Assembly: GCA_964392885.1 (NCBI GenBank)
Contig: CAYMRT010000178.1
Location: forward strand, 1-27,816
Direction of reading: 5' to 3'
DNA: 27,816 bases
Origin: an uncultured Desulfobacterales bacterium
GTDB lineage: Bacteria > Desulfobacterota > Dissulfuribacteria > Dissulfuribacterales > QOAL01
The notes below the pieces were generated by a model. That model was not told where the DNA came from. It did no database searches and saw nothing but the letters and a program-made list of their open reading frames with translations. The translations under genes and the position numbers were made by a program. Shown here one piece after another: positions 17,947 through 25,976 of the stretch. The stretch's first letter is position 1. Each line of letters starts with the position of its first letter.

Positions 17947-18049
17947 CATTGTTGGGGCATTTACCCCTGCTGGTCCCTCTGTACCATCTCCAACAAAGAC
18001 GACCAACATACCCACCTCCATCCTTCTTTAAACCAGCAGGGGTTTTTTT
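17947..18049 (+). ncRNA. Candidate ~100-nt small RNA with C-rich loop and intrinsic terminator
   Basis: Promoter above; perfect 12-bp stem ACCCCTGCTGGT (17963-17974) / ACCAGCAGGGGT (18032-18043) followed by a T7 run (18043-18049); 57-nt loop with 24 C and 3 G. The 5' end is estimated. Confidence 0.55.
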
Positions 18050-20450
18050 ATTCTTTTTGCTTGTCTTTGTCTTCTTCTCTGGCAAGCTTTGATAAGTACT
18101 TTATTTCCTTATCAACAAGATAAAAAAGCGTACCTTCTGGATAATTACCTTTTTCGTCAATCTCGCCTGCCTTAAGCCCTGTTAATATTTCAATACCTTC
18201 TTCAACGGTTTCTATTGACCAGATATGAAATCTTTCTTTTTTTACAGCCTCTATTACCTCATCTTTTAAGGTAAGATTCCTTACATTTGCACTTGGGATT
18301 ATCACACCTTGGGTACCTGTCAACCCTTTTGCATGACAAAGATCAAAAAAGCCTTCTATCTTTTCTGTAACGCCTCCAACAGGCAAAATTTCCCCTTTTT
18401 GACTGACAGCTCCAGTGCAAGCAATATCTTGTCTTAAAGGTATTTTTGACAATGCAGATAAAAGCGCAAAAAGCTCTGCACTTGAAGCCGAATCTCCATC
18501 TATCATGCCATAGCTTTGCTCAAAACATATGGTAGCAGTTAAACTTAAGGGCTTGTTGTGAGCAAATCTAGAACGCAAATATCCTGCAAGTATCATCACT
18601 CCTTTGGTATGAATCTTCCCGCTTAATTCCGCCTCTCTTTCAATATTTATAACACCTTCTTTACCTAAACTGATATTTACTGTTATTCGAGAGGGCTTAC
18701 CAAAGGTTGTATCTCCCAAATCATAAACTGCAAGACCATTTATTTGGCCCACTGCCTTTCCTTCTGTTTTTATCTTGATTATCTCTTTAACCAAAAGCTC
18801 TTGGAGATGCTCTTGATAAAGAGCTGAACGATATTTTCTCTCTGATATTGCTTTTTGTACATGAAGATTGTTTATAAATGGATCTTTTTGTTTCTCTGCC
18901 CAAAAATTTGCTTCAATCATCAAATCTTCAAGGTCTGTTATCTTTAAAGAAAGCTTTTCCTTTGAGTGAGATAATTCTGTGGCGTATTCAATTAACCTCG
19001 CAACACCAGAACGATGAATGTCTTTGAGTCTGTTCTTTTCCCGCAAATTGGAAATAGCCCTTATAAGCTCCTTTTGTCTTTGAGCATTATTGTCTGTTTC
19101 AGTGTCTAGATGTGACTTTATCTTAAAAAGCTCTTTAAAATCCTCATCATAATTGTAAAGAAGCTGATATATGATTGGATCTCCCATTAAAATTATCTTT
19201 ACATCTAAATCAACCGGCTCTGGTTTGAGTGTCTTTGTAGTAAAGAGACCAAGTTGTTCACCAAGATCTTCTATTTCGAGCTTTTTAGTCCTAAGGGCCC
19301 TTTTTAACGCCTCATAAGCAAAAGGTTTTTTTAAAAGATCAACTGCCTTTAACAACAAAAAACCGCCATTTGCCCTATGAAGGGCACCTGCTTTTATCAT
19401 GGTAAAGTCTGTAAAGAGTGCCCCAAACTGTGCCTGTCGCTCTATTACTCCAAAAAGATTGGTATAGCTTGGATTTGCCTCAAAAACAAACGGCCTGCCT
19501 TTAGCCTTTGAATTGTCAACAAGCACATTAACCTCGTATCTTGCAAAACTAGGAGTCATGCCCGGCATAGGAAAAGGGAGCCCTGGCATAGGGGCCTTTT
19601 GAGGCAAAAAGTCTTTAAAATGAATTACAACATCTTCAAGCACATCATCAAAATACTCTTTAAGCTTTGGATATCTTTCATATTTTCGTTTTAAAGGATC
19701 AATGAGGATCTGAGCTGTCTGACGGGCAACTTGCCTATCCAGCTCTTTAAGCTTTTGCCTTACCTCTTGCTCAAGCTGATGGACCTGACGCATGGTGGCG
19801 CCCATCTCTCTATGTAGTTCTTCGCTTTTGCGCTTTAATTCATCTTGCTCTTCCTTTGTAAGGCGATTTATTTCTTCAGGAGTTAAAGGGCTGCCATCTT
19901 CTTTGGCTGGAATTACCATCATTCCTGTAGGATCAGCCTGAAGTAGAAAATTTTTGGCTCTAACCTTTTTATCTAACTCTTCAAAAGCCTCAGTGCGCCT
20001 TTTATTAAATTCTCTAATAACCTCTTCCTTAGATACAAGATAGGTCTCACCTTCAAAGCTTTTAGGCATATGAAGCTTTAAGTTATCGACAAATTCCATC
20101 ATGTCTTTTTTCAGTTGAATGCCAAAGCCCTTCTCTAACTGCACTGCACGAGGTACATCAGGATTTTTAAAATTATAAATGTAACAGAGATCTCTTGGGG
20201 TGTGATCTTCACTTTCAACTAATTCCTCAAGCTTTGAAATAGCTAAATCTAGAGCACCTGCTTCTTGAAGACCTGCTACATAGCAGTTAAATCCTGCATT
20301 TTTAATCCCAAGTCCAACGTCTAGTGCCCTTTCAGCTCGTTCCTGTGCAAAAACACTTGAATGACTTGGGGCATATTCACTGACAAATTCAAAATCTAAT
20401 TCCTCAGAATCTACAAACAATCTCAACTTATCTGCTGTTAGCTTCTCCAT
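18048..20450 (-). CDS. Lon-family (LonC-like) protease with degenerate AAA module
   Basis: GQINGLAV, PSRIT, IEREAELSG.IH.KG, FEQSYG.IDGDSAS (catalytic Ser), PVGGVTEKIEGF (catalytic Lys), GVIIP..N. AGGAAGGT RBS. Confidence 0.9.
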   Translation of the reverse strand: MEKLTADKLRLFVDSEELDFEFVSEYAPSHSSVFAQERAERALDVGLGIKNAGFNCYVAGLQEAGALDLAISKLEELVESEDHTPRDLCYIYNFKNPDVPRAVQLEKGFGIQLKKDMMEFVDNLKLHMPKSFEGETYLVSKEEVIREFNKRRTEAFEELDKKVRAKNFLLQADPTGMMVIPAKEDGSPLTPEEINRLTKEEQDELKRKSEELHREMGATMRQVHQLEQEVRQKLKELDRQVARQTAQILIDPLKRKYERYPKLKEYFDDVLEDVVIHFKDFLPQKAPMPGLPFPMPGMTPSFARYEVNVLVDNSKAKGRPFVFEANPSYTNLFGVIERQAQFGALFTDFTMIKAGALHRANGGFLLLKAVDLLKKPFAYEALKRALRTKKLEIEDLGEQLGLFTTKTLKPEPVDLDVKIILMGDPIIYQLLYNYDEDFKELFKIKSHLDTETDNNAQRQKELIRAISNLREKNRLKDIHRSGVARLIEYATELSHSKEKLSLKITDLEDLMIEANFWAEKQKDPFINNLHVQKAISERKYRSALYQEHLQELLVKEIIKIKTEGKAVGQINGLAVYDLGDTTFGKPSRITVNISLGKEGVINIEREAELSGKIHTKGVMILAGYLRSRFAHNKPLSLTATICFEQSYGMIDGDSASSAELFALLSALSKIPLRQDIACTGAVSQKGEILPVGGVTEKIEGFFDLCHAKGLTGTQGVIIPSANVRNLTLKDEVIEAVKKERFHIWSIETVEEGIEILTGLKAGEIDEKGNYPEGTLFYLVDKEIKYLSKLAREEDKDKQKE

Positions 20451-20463
20451 TTTATATACCTTC

Positions 20464-21453
20464 CTAACCTATCCTCTTTACTCCCAGATGTTTATAGGCC
20501 TTATCTGTTGCCATGCGTCCTCTTGGCGTTCTGTGAAGATAACCTGCCTGCACAAGAAAAGGCTCATATACCTCCTCAATTGTATGACTGTCTTCTCCAA
20601 TAGTTACAGCAATTGTATCAAGCCCAACAGGCCCTCCATTAAATCTATTAATTATTATAGAAAGAATTTGTCTATCCATTTTATCAAGTCCTTCTTTGTC
20701 AACTTCTAGCATGGATAAAGCTTCATCTGCCACCTCTTTGGTAACGACCCCTCCCGCCTTTACTTCTGCATAGTCTCTCACCCTCCTAAGCAAACGGTTG
20801 GCAATCCTTGGAGTTCCTCTTGAACGCCTTGCTATTTCAAGCGCACCTTCCTGATCTATTTTGACTTTAAGGACTCTTGCAGAACGAAATACAATCTCTT
20901 TGAGTTGCTCATCTGTATAAAAATCCACCCTTAATATCACTCCAAACCTATCTCTAAGAGGTGGAGATAAAAGCCCTGACCTTGTAGTTGCACCAATCAT
21001 TGTAAACCTTGGCAAGTCTATCTTTATAGTTCTAGCACTTGGACCTTGCCCAATTATCAAATCCAACTGAAAATCCTCCATTGCTGGATATAATATCTCT
21101 TCTACAGAAGGACTTAACCTATGAATCTCATCTATGAATAAGATCTCACCACTTTGAAGATTTGTAAGTATGGCAGCAAGATCTCCAGGACGCTCTATTA
21201 CCGGGCCAGATGTACACCTAATTCCAACCCCCATCTCTTTAGCAATAATATGAGCCAAAGTGGTTTTGCCAAGACCAGGATGACCATGGAGAAGACAATG
21301 ATCAAGAGGTTCTTTACGCCTTTTGGCAGCTTCAATAAAAAGAGCAAGACCTTTTTTAAGTTCTTCCTGGCCAACATAATCTCTAAGCCTCTGTGGCCTA
21401 AGAGTTGGCTCTAAAAACACATCTTCTTCTTGCAGTGACGGTGATAAAGGCAT
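20464..21453 (-). CDS. ruvB: Holliday junction branch migration helicase RuvB
   Basis: LRPQRL.DYVGQ, Gx[39 protein letters not shown] and TPRGR. Confidence 0.98.
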   Translation of the reverse strand: MPLSPSLQEEDVFLEPTLRPQRLRDYVGQEELKKGLALFIEAAKRRKEPLDHCLLHGHPGLGKTTLAHIIAKEMGVGIRCTSGPVIERPGDLAAILTNLQSGEILFIDEIHRLSPSVEEILYPAMEDFQLDLIIGQGPSARTIKIDLPRFTMIGATTRSGLLSPPLRDRFGVILRVDFYTDEQLKEIVFRSARVLKVKIDQEGALEIARRSRGTPRIANRLLRRVRDYAEVKAGGVVTKEVADEALSMLEVDKEGLDKMDRQILSIIINRFNGGPVGLDTIAVTIGEDSHTIEEVYEPFLVQAGYLHRTPRGRMATDKAYKHLGVKRIG

Positions 21454-21455
21454 AA

Positions 21456-22088
21456 TTATCTAACCTTAGATAAAAGATTTAAAGAGGCCTTAATTAAATC
21501 ATTTAGTCCAATATTGCCCTGACTTGCAAGTACCTGTTTTACAACACGTTTTGATTCTGCAGGCTTATACCCTAAATTTAAAAGTGCAGATACAGCATCA
21601 TCTACTATCTCTTCAGAAGGCCAATAACTGTCCTGAGCAGACTTTCTCTTTCCCGTTTCCACACTGGCGTTTTTCTTATTAAGAAGTTTGACAGCCTTTT
21701 CTTTAAGATCAACACAAATTCTTGCAGCAGTCTTTTTACCTACTCCATGCACTGACCGCAACCGGACCGGGTCTCCCCTTGAAATATCTTCTAAAAGAGA
21801 GCTTGGTGACAAAACTGAAAGGATGTTTAATGCAACACGCGGACCTACTCCAGACACCTCAAGAAGCACCTTAAAAAGCTCAAGCCCCTCTTTGTCCATA
21901 AATCCATAAAGGCTGATGTGATCATCCTTTATTATCAAATGCGTAAATATAGTTACTGTATCATTGTTGGGAGATAAAGTGCTAAGACTTGTCTTTGGCA
22001 TCTGTATTTCATAGCCAATTCCATTTACTTCAACTAAGACAGTGGAATCATCTACTTCTATTATTTGCCCCTTGATAAAGCCAATCAC
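21456..22088 (-). CDS. ruvA: Holliday junction branch migration protein RuvA
   Basis: GTG start; [30 protein letters not shown] and ALLNLGYK. Confidence 0.96.
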   Translation of the reverse strand: MIGFIKGQIIEVDDSTVLVEVNGIGYEIQMPKTSLSTLSPNNDTVTIFTHLIIKDDHISLYGFMDKEGLELFKVLLEVSGVGPRVALNILSVLSPSSLLEDISRGDPVRLRSVHGVGKKTAARICVDLKEKAVKLLNKKNASVETGKRKSAQDSYWPSEEIVDDAVSALLNLGYKPAESKRVVKQVLASQGNIGLNDLIKASLNLLSKVR

Positions 22089-22094
22089 CTGACA

Positions 22095-22610
22095 TCACCT
22101 TGCTACATTTATAGAAATAAACTTTGTTAATTGCATGCTTTGAATATGACAAAGAGCCACCGCCAAGGCATCTGATGCATCTTTCGGATATGTCTTTTTA
22201 AGATTTAATATAAGAGATACCATATGCTGCACCTGTTTTTTTTCAGCCCTGCCATAACCGACCACTGCCTTTTTAATTTCAAGAGGTGAATATTCATAAA
22301 CAGGCAGACCGCTATTTAGAGCTGCCATAATCAGTGAAGCCCTAGCGTGTCCTAACTTTAAGGCTGATTTTACATTCTTGGCAACAAAGACGTCTTCAAT
22401 TGCAAAGGCAACAGGTTTAAACTCATGTATAATATTTGAAATCTCATCATATAGATATTTTAGTTTTGCTGGAAAGGCTAGGTTTGAACTGGTACGTATA
22501 ACTCCTGCATGAACTACCTTTAAATTATTGCTGCCTTTCTGCCAGACAATACCAAAACCCGTTGCAACAGAGCCTGGATCAATTCCAAGTACAGGCCCTC
22601 TATTGACCAT
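22095..22610 (-). CDS. ruvC: Crossover junction endodeoxyribonuclease RuvC
   Basis: LGIDPG, AIEDVF, LKLGHAR, IKKAVVGYGRAEK.QV and DASDALAVA. Confidence 0.97.
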   Translation of the reverse strand: MVNRGPVLGIDPGSVATGFGIVWQKGSNNLKVVHAGVIRTSSNLAFPAKLKYLYDEISNIIHEFKPVAFAIEDVFVAKNVKSALKLGHARASLIMAALNSGLPVYEYSPLEIKKAVVGYGRAEKKQVQHMVSLILNLKKTYPKDASDALAVALCHIQSMQLTKFISINVAR

Positions 22611-23359
22611 TAGGCTACCTTTTGAAGGATCTCTTCTGGAATATCAAAATTGGCATATATATTCTGCACGTCATCATTTTCTTCAAGGGCATTCATCAAT
22701 GCAATTAGTTTTTGAGCCTGATTTTCATCCTCTACCTTTACAATATTTGTTGGTACCATAGTAACTTTTGCAGAAAGAAGCTCAAGCCCCTTATCTTCAA
22801 GGGCCTTTTTTACCTTTGAAAGCTCTTCTGGAGCTGTCTCAATCTCCCATTCGGTGCCACTGTCTTTTATATCATCTGCCCCTGCTTCAAGACAGGCATC
22901 CATTAAAGTATCTTCATCAACCTTATCTTTTTCAACAATTATCAATCCCTTCTTTTCAAATATCCAGGCAACACTTCCTGGCTCACCCAAATTCCCTCCC
23001 CTTTTAGCAAAAATATGCCTTACCTCCGCAACTGTTCTTTGACGATTATCAGTAATAGTCTCAACTAAAACTGCAACGCCGCCAGGACCATAACCCTCGT
23101 AAGTAACCTCTTCATATGCGACACCTTCTAATTCACCTGTCCCCCTTTTTATTGCCCTTTCGATATTGCTCTTTGGCATATTTTGGGCCTTAGCTGACTC
23201 AATAGCAGCTCTAAGCCTAGGATTTGCAGCAGGATCTCCACCACCTAATCTTGCAGCAACAGTTATTTCTTTGATAAGCTTTGTAAAAATCTTTCCCCTT
23301 TTTGCGTCTTGTGCTGCCTTTTTATGCCTTATTGTGCTCCATTTTGAATGTCCAGCCAT
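22610..23359 (-). CDS. yebC: YebC/PmpR family protein
   Basis: [44 protein letters not shown]; canonical position upstream of ruvC. Confidence 0.97.
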   Translation of the reverse strand: MAGHSKWSTIRHKKAAQDAKRGKIFTKLIKEITVAARLGGGDPAANPRLRAAIESAKAQNMPKSNIERAIKRGTGELEGVAYEEVTYEGYGPGGVAVLVETITDNRQRTVAEVRHIFAKRGGNLGEPGSVAWIFEKKGLIIVEKDKVDEDTLMDACLEAGADDIKDSGTEWEIETAPEELSKVKKALEDKGLELLSAKVTMVPTNIVKVEDENQAQKLIALMNALEENDDVQNIYANFDIPEEILQKVA

Positions 23360-23408
23360 TTAATGCCTCCAAAATTATTTTTCAATAATTTAAGGGGGTA
23401 AAATTTTA

Positions 23409-24776
23409 TCAAAAACGGCTAATCTTTTCAAAAAACTCTTGAAGATCTCTTTTCAAAAAATTTTGTGCCTTTTTAAGATTCTTTTTATGTCTTAGCCATA
23501 CCTGTTGCCTTGCATTCTTCTCTATAAGCTCAGATACCTTCCCCTTTACTCTATGCCAGAGATCTCTTTCAAACGCATCTTCAAGCTTTACAAGATCGTC
23601 GGGATTTTCACTAAAATTTTTCACTAAATTTGGGAAAGTGATCTTTTGAAAATATACTGAACCCATGCCTACAACAAGCAGTAACCAAATAATCGGCCAC
23701 AAAAGGGTGTCTATAGAAAAATTCCCAGAAACAGTTGAAACAACAAGAGGATCTGAAGGGTAACCTAAAAACAAGTTCATAACTAAGTCGCCCAAAATAA
23801 AGGCCAAAAGTGCAGAAATTCCAACTGCCTTACCAAAGCCCTTTAATTTCTTTGTAAAAATGGATTTAAAACCATCCATAGCCTTTATAATAAGAGACAG
23901 CTCTCTAACAGACTTATCCACTTCTTGTAACATATGAAAAAGACGCATTCTTGGTGCATCTAAAAAAGCCTTTTTAAGTTCTTCTCTTTCCTTATCCCAT
24001 ATCTCAAATCCTTGCGGGATCTTCCTGCCAGGTATCTTGGCATACGTTAAATAAATTCTTGGGATGTCCTTTCTGCCTGTCATTTGAGACAGATTCCAAC
24101 AAAGCGTTCCATATGCCCTAACCAAATCCTCAAGGTTAGCACACTCATCTACCCTATTCATTACAAAGGCAACCCTGTCTTCCCCTGTTGTAGCAGGAAG
24201 GGTAATTCTTATCACCTGATATGTCTCTTTAATAGTCCCGGCCTTATGCGGATCAAACATTAGCACAATTAAGTCTGCAATCTTTGCAAGCTCCCCTATT
24301 ACTCCTAGGTAATCATATCCTCTATCTTTTTCCGTAACAGAATCTAGCATGCCAGGGGTATCGATAATGGCTATGTCAGCCAGATGTTCTACATCTACCT
24401 TTTTCATAACAAGATGAGCTAGAAGTTTTTCTCCAAACCTGCGCAAGCATCCAAAAGGAAGCCTTTCATCGCTAACTATAGAATTGCCAGTCAAGTCTCC
24501 TGGTGCTTCTCCTGCTTCCGGTGCGGTAATGATGGTAAAACTGTCATCTGTAGGTGCCTGACCAGTTCGCTGAATATCCATTCCTAAAAATTCATTTATA
24601 AACGTTGATTTACCAGAAGAATAATTTCCAATAACAAGAACAATCGGTTTCCATTTTAATGGGGTAAGGAGTTCTTCTATGCTACAAAAATAACTGTCAT
24701 AGATTTTACCCAACCTTTCAGGCAAAATACGCTCGATTTCCCTTTTTAACTCAACTGCACTTATATTACCTGCCAT
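23409..24776 (-). CDS. Dynamin-superfamily, EHD/sarcalumenin-like NTPase with C-terminal transmembrane hairpin
   Basis: G1 GNYSSGKST, PTDDSF, G3 IIDTPG, RGYD, FDPHK, G4 NRVD, LVRAYGTLCWNL; two hydrophobic segments at about 23650-23830. AAGGAG RBS. Confidence 0.85.
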   Translation of the reverse strand: MAGNISAVELKREIERILPERLGKIYDSYFCSIEELLTPLKWKPIVLVIGNYSSGKSTFINEFLGMDIQRTGQAPTDDSFTIITAPEAGEAPGDLTGNSIVSDERLPFGCLRRFGEKLLAHLVMKKVDVEHLADIAIIDTPGMLDSVTEKDRGYDYLGVIGELAKIADLIVLMFDPHKAGTIKETYQVIRITLPATTGEDRVAFVMNRVDECANLEDLVRAYGTLCWNLSQMTGRKDIPRIYLTYAKIPGRKIPQGFEIWDKEREELKKAFLDAPRMRLFHMLQEVDKSVRELSLIIKAMDGFKSIFTKKLKGFGKAVGISALLAFILGDLVMNLFLGYPSDPLVVSTVSGNFSIDTLLWPIIWLLLVVGMGSVYFQKITFPNLVKNFSENPDDLVKLEDAFERDLWHRVKGKVSELIEKNARQQVWLRHKKNLKKAQNFLKRDLQEFFEKISRF

Positions 24777-24807
24777 TTTGGCTACTCCTTGGTATTTAGC
24801 TTTTAGG

Positions 24808-24835
24808 ATTCTATAAACATAAAGATAACTTGCAA
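24808..24835 (-). promoter_or_regulatory. Possible sigma70 promoter for the dynamin gene
   Basis: Minus strand TTGCAA, 16-nt spacer, TAGAAT. AT-rich context weakens the call. Confidence 0.35.
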
Positions 24836-24900
24836 TGAATTTTTTTTAAATAGAATAAAATACAAAGAAGAGATTTTTGAAAGGGAAACTTAAAGAATTA

Positions 24901-25857
24901 TTACAGAACTATGGTGCGATCTCGTCCCTGATTTTTAGCCATATAAAGGGCTTTATCCACCCGTTCAAGGGCATGTTCTATATCTTCCTTAGGCTCAACT
25001 TGAGTTACTCCCAATGAAATTGTTAATTGGATATAATTACCTGAAGGATCTATTACAAACTTATAGTTTTTAACCTTTCTTCTTAAACGTTCTGCTAATT
25101 GGAAAGCCTCTTCTTTAATAGTATGGGGAGCCATAATTATAAATTCTTCTCCACCATATCTATAAATTGAATCAGAATCTCTAATCATTTCCTTCCATAT
25201 GTTAGCCAAATTTTGGAGGATTTTATCTCCTGTCTGATGGCCATATGTGTCATTGATCTTTTTAAAATGATCAATATCGCACATTATAAGTGAAAGGGGA
25301 TAATTATATCTTCTAATCTTTGAAAGTTCTTTTTTTAAATCTGCTTCAAGGGCCCGCCTGTTAAAAAGATTTGTAAGAGGATCAATTCTTAATCTACTTC
25401 TCAATTCATCTATTATCTTAGCTTGCTCATTGATCTTTTCTTCTGTTTCTTTAGTCTTTGCCTCAAGGGTCTTATTTATTACTAATAGTTTGGCTATATC
25501 TTCATAAAAGATATTTTCTTTATCTTTTTCATCTAAAGATTGTAGGGAATTTTTCATATCGCTTACTTGCTCTTTAGTTACCTGGACAAAATCTTCAACT
25601 GTATCCTTCACGCCCTCTAAAATATTTTCTGTATCATCCATAAATTTTTGAAGCAGTTTGTAGGTAGTTTCATCAAAATTGCTTTTTTGTCCAATTAATA
25701 AAGTAAGATTTTGGGATTTTGCCACATGCCAAAATTCCTTAGAATATACGTCAGGCCAAGGTAAATTGCCCTTGTTGACCAAGTTTTTTAAAGCTGTTCT
25801 TGCAGTATGAGCCACTTGCTCTGCCAGCTTTTTTTTGATACTTGTTTCGCTTTCCAT
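24901..25857 (-). CDS. Diguanylate cyclase (GGDEF domain) with N-terminal helical/coiled-coil region
   Basis: DPLTNLFNRR, DIDHFKKINDTYGH..GD, RDSD (RxxD I-site) five residues before GGEEF, ADxALY-like VDKALY.AK..GR. Confidence 0.95.
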   Translation of the reverse strand: MESETSIKKKLAEQVAHTARTALKNLVNKGNLPWPDVYSKEFWHVAKSQNLTLLIGQKSNFDETTYKLLQKFMDDTENILEGVKDTVEDFVQVTKEQVSDMKNSLQSLDEKDKENIFYEDIAKLLVINKTLEAKTKETEEKINEQAKIIDELRSRLRIDPLTNLFNRRALEADLKKELSKIRRYNYPLSLIMCDIDHFKKINDTYGHQTGDKILQNLANIWKEMIRDSDSIYRYGGEEFIIMAPHTIKEEAFQLAERLRRKVKNYKFVIDPSGNYIQLTISLGVTQVEPKEDIEHALERVDKALYMAKNQGRDRTIVL

Positions 25858-25923
25858 TTAATAATCCACAAACAAAGTAGTAGACACTTATCTATACTTT
25901 TATATCGAAAAATTAACCAATTC

Positions 25924-25950
25924 AATAAAAAAGGGGGCATTTGCCCCCTT
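25924..25950 (-). terminator. Rho-independent terminator after the barrel gene
   Basis: Minus strand AAGGGGGC-AAAT-GCCCCC followed by TTTTTTATT. Confidence 0.85.
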
Positions 25951-25976
25951 CATCTAAGCTAGATTATAGCCATGGG

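Noticed and set aside
17905-18123. 72-aa plus-strand ORF from the ORF track
   Set aside because: TTG start with no SD, overlaps the promoter, the terminator and the Lon 3' end, and has no recognisable motif.
21250-21290. RuvB Walker A reads GHPGLGKTT instead of GPPGLGKTT
   Set aside because: The variable position changes but the catalytic GKT and all other motifs are intact.
23372-23391. Inverted repeat AAATTATT-TTTC-AATAATTT upstream of yebC
   Set aside because: Entirely A/T arms in an AT-rich spacer; cannot be distinguished from chance.
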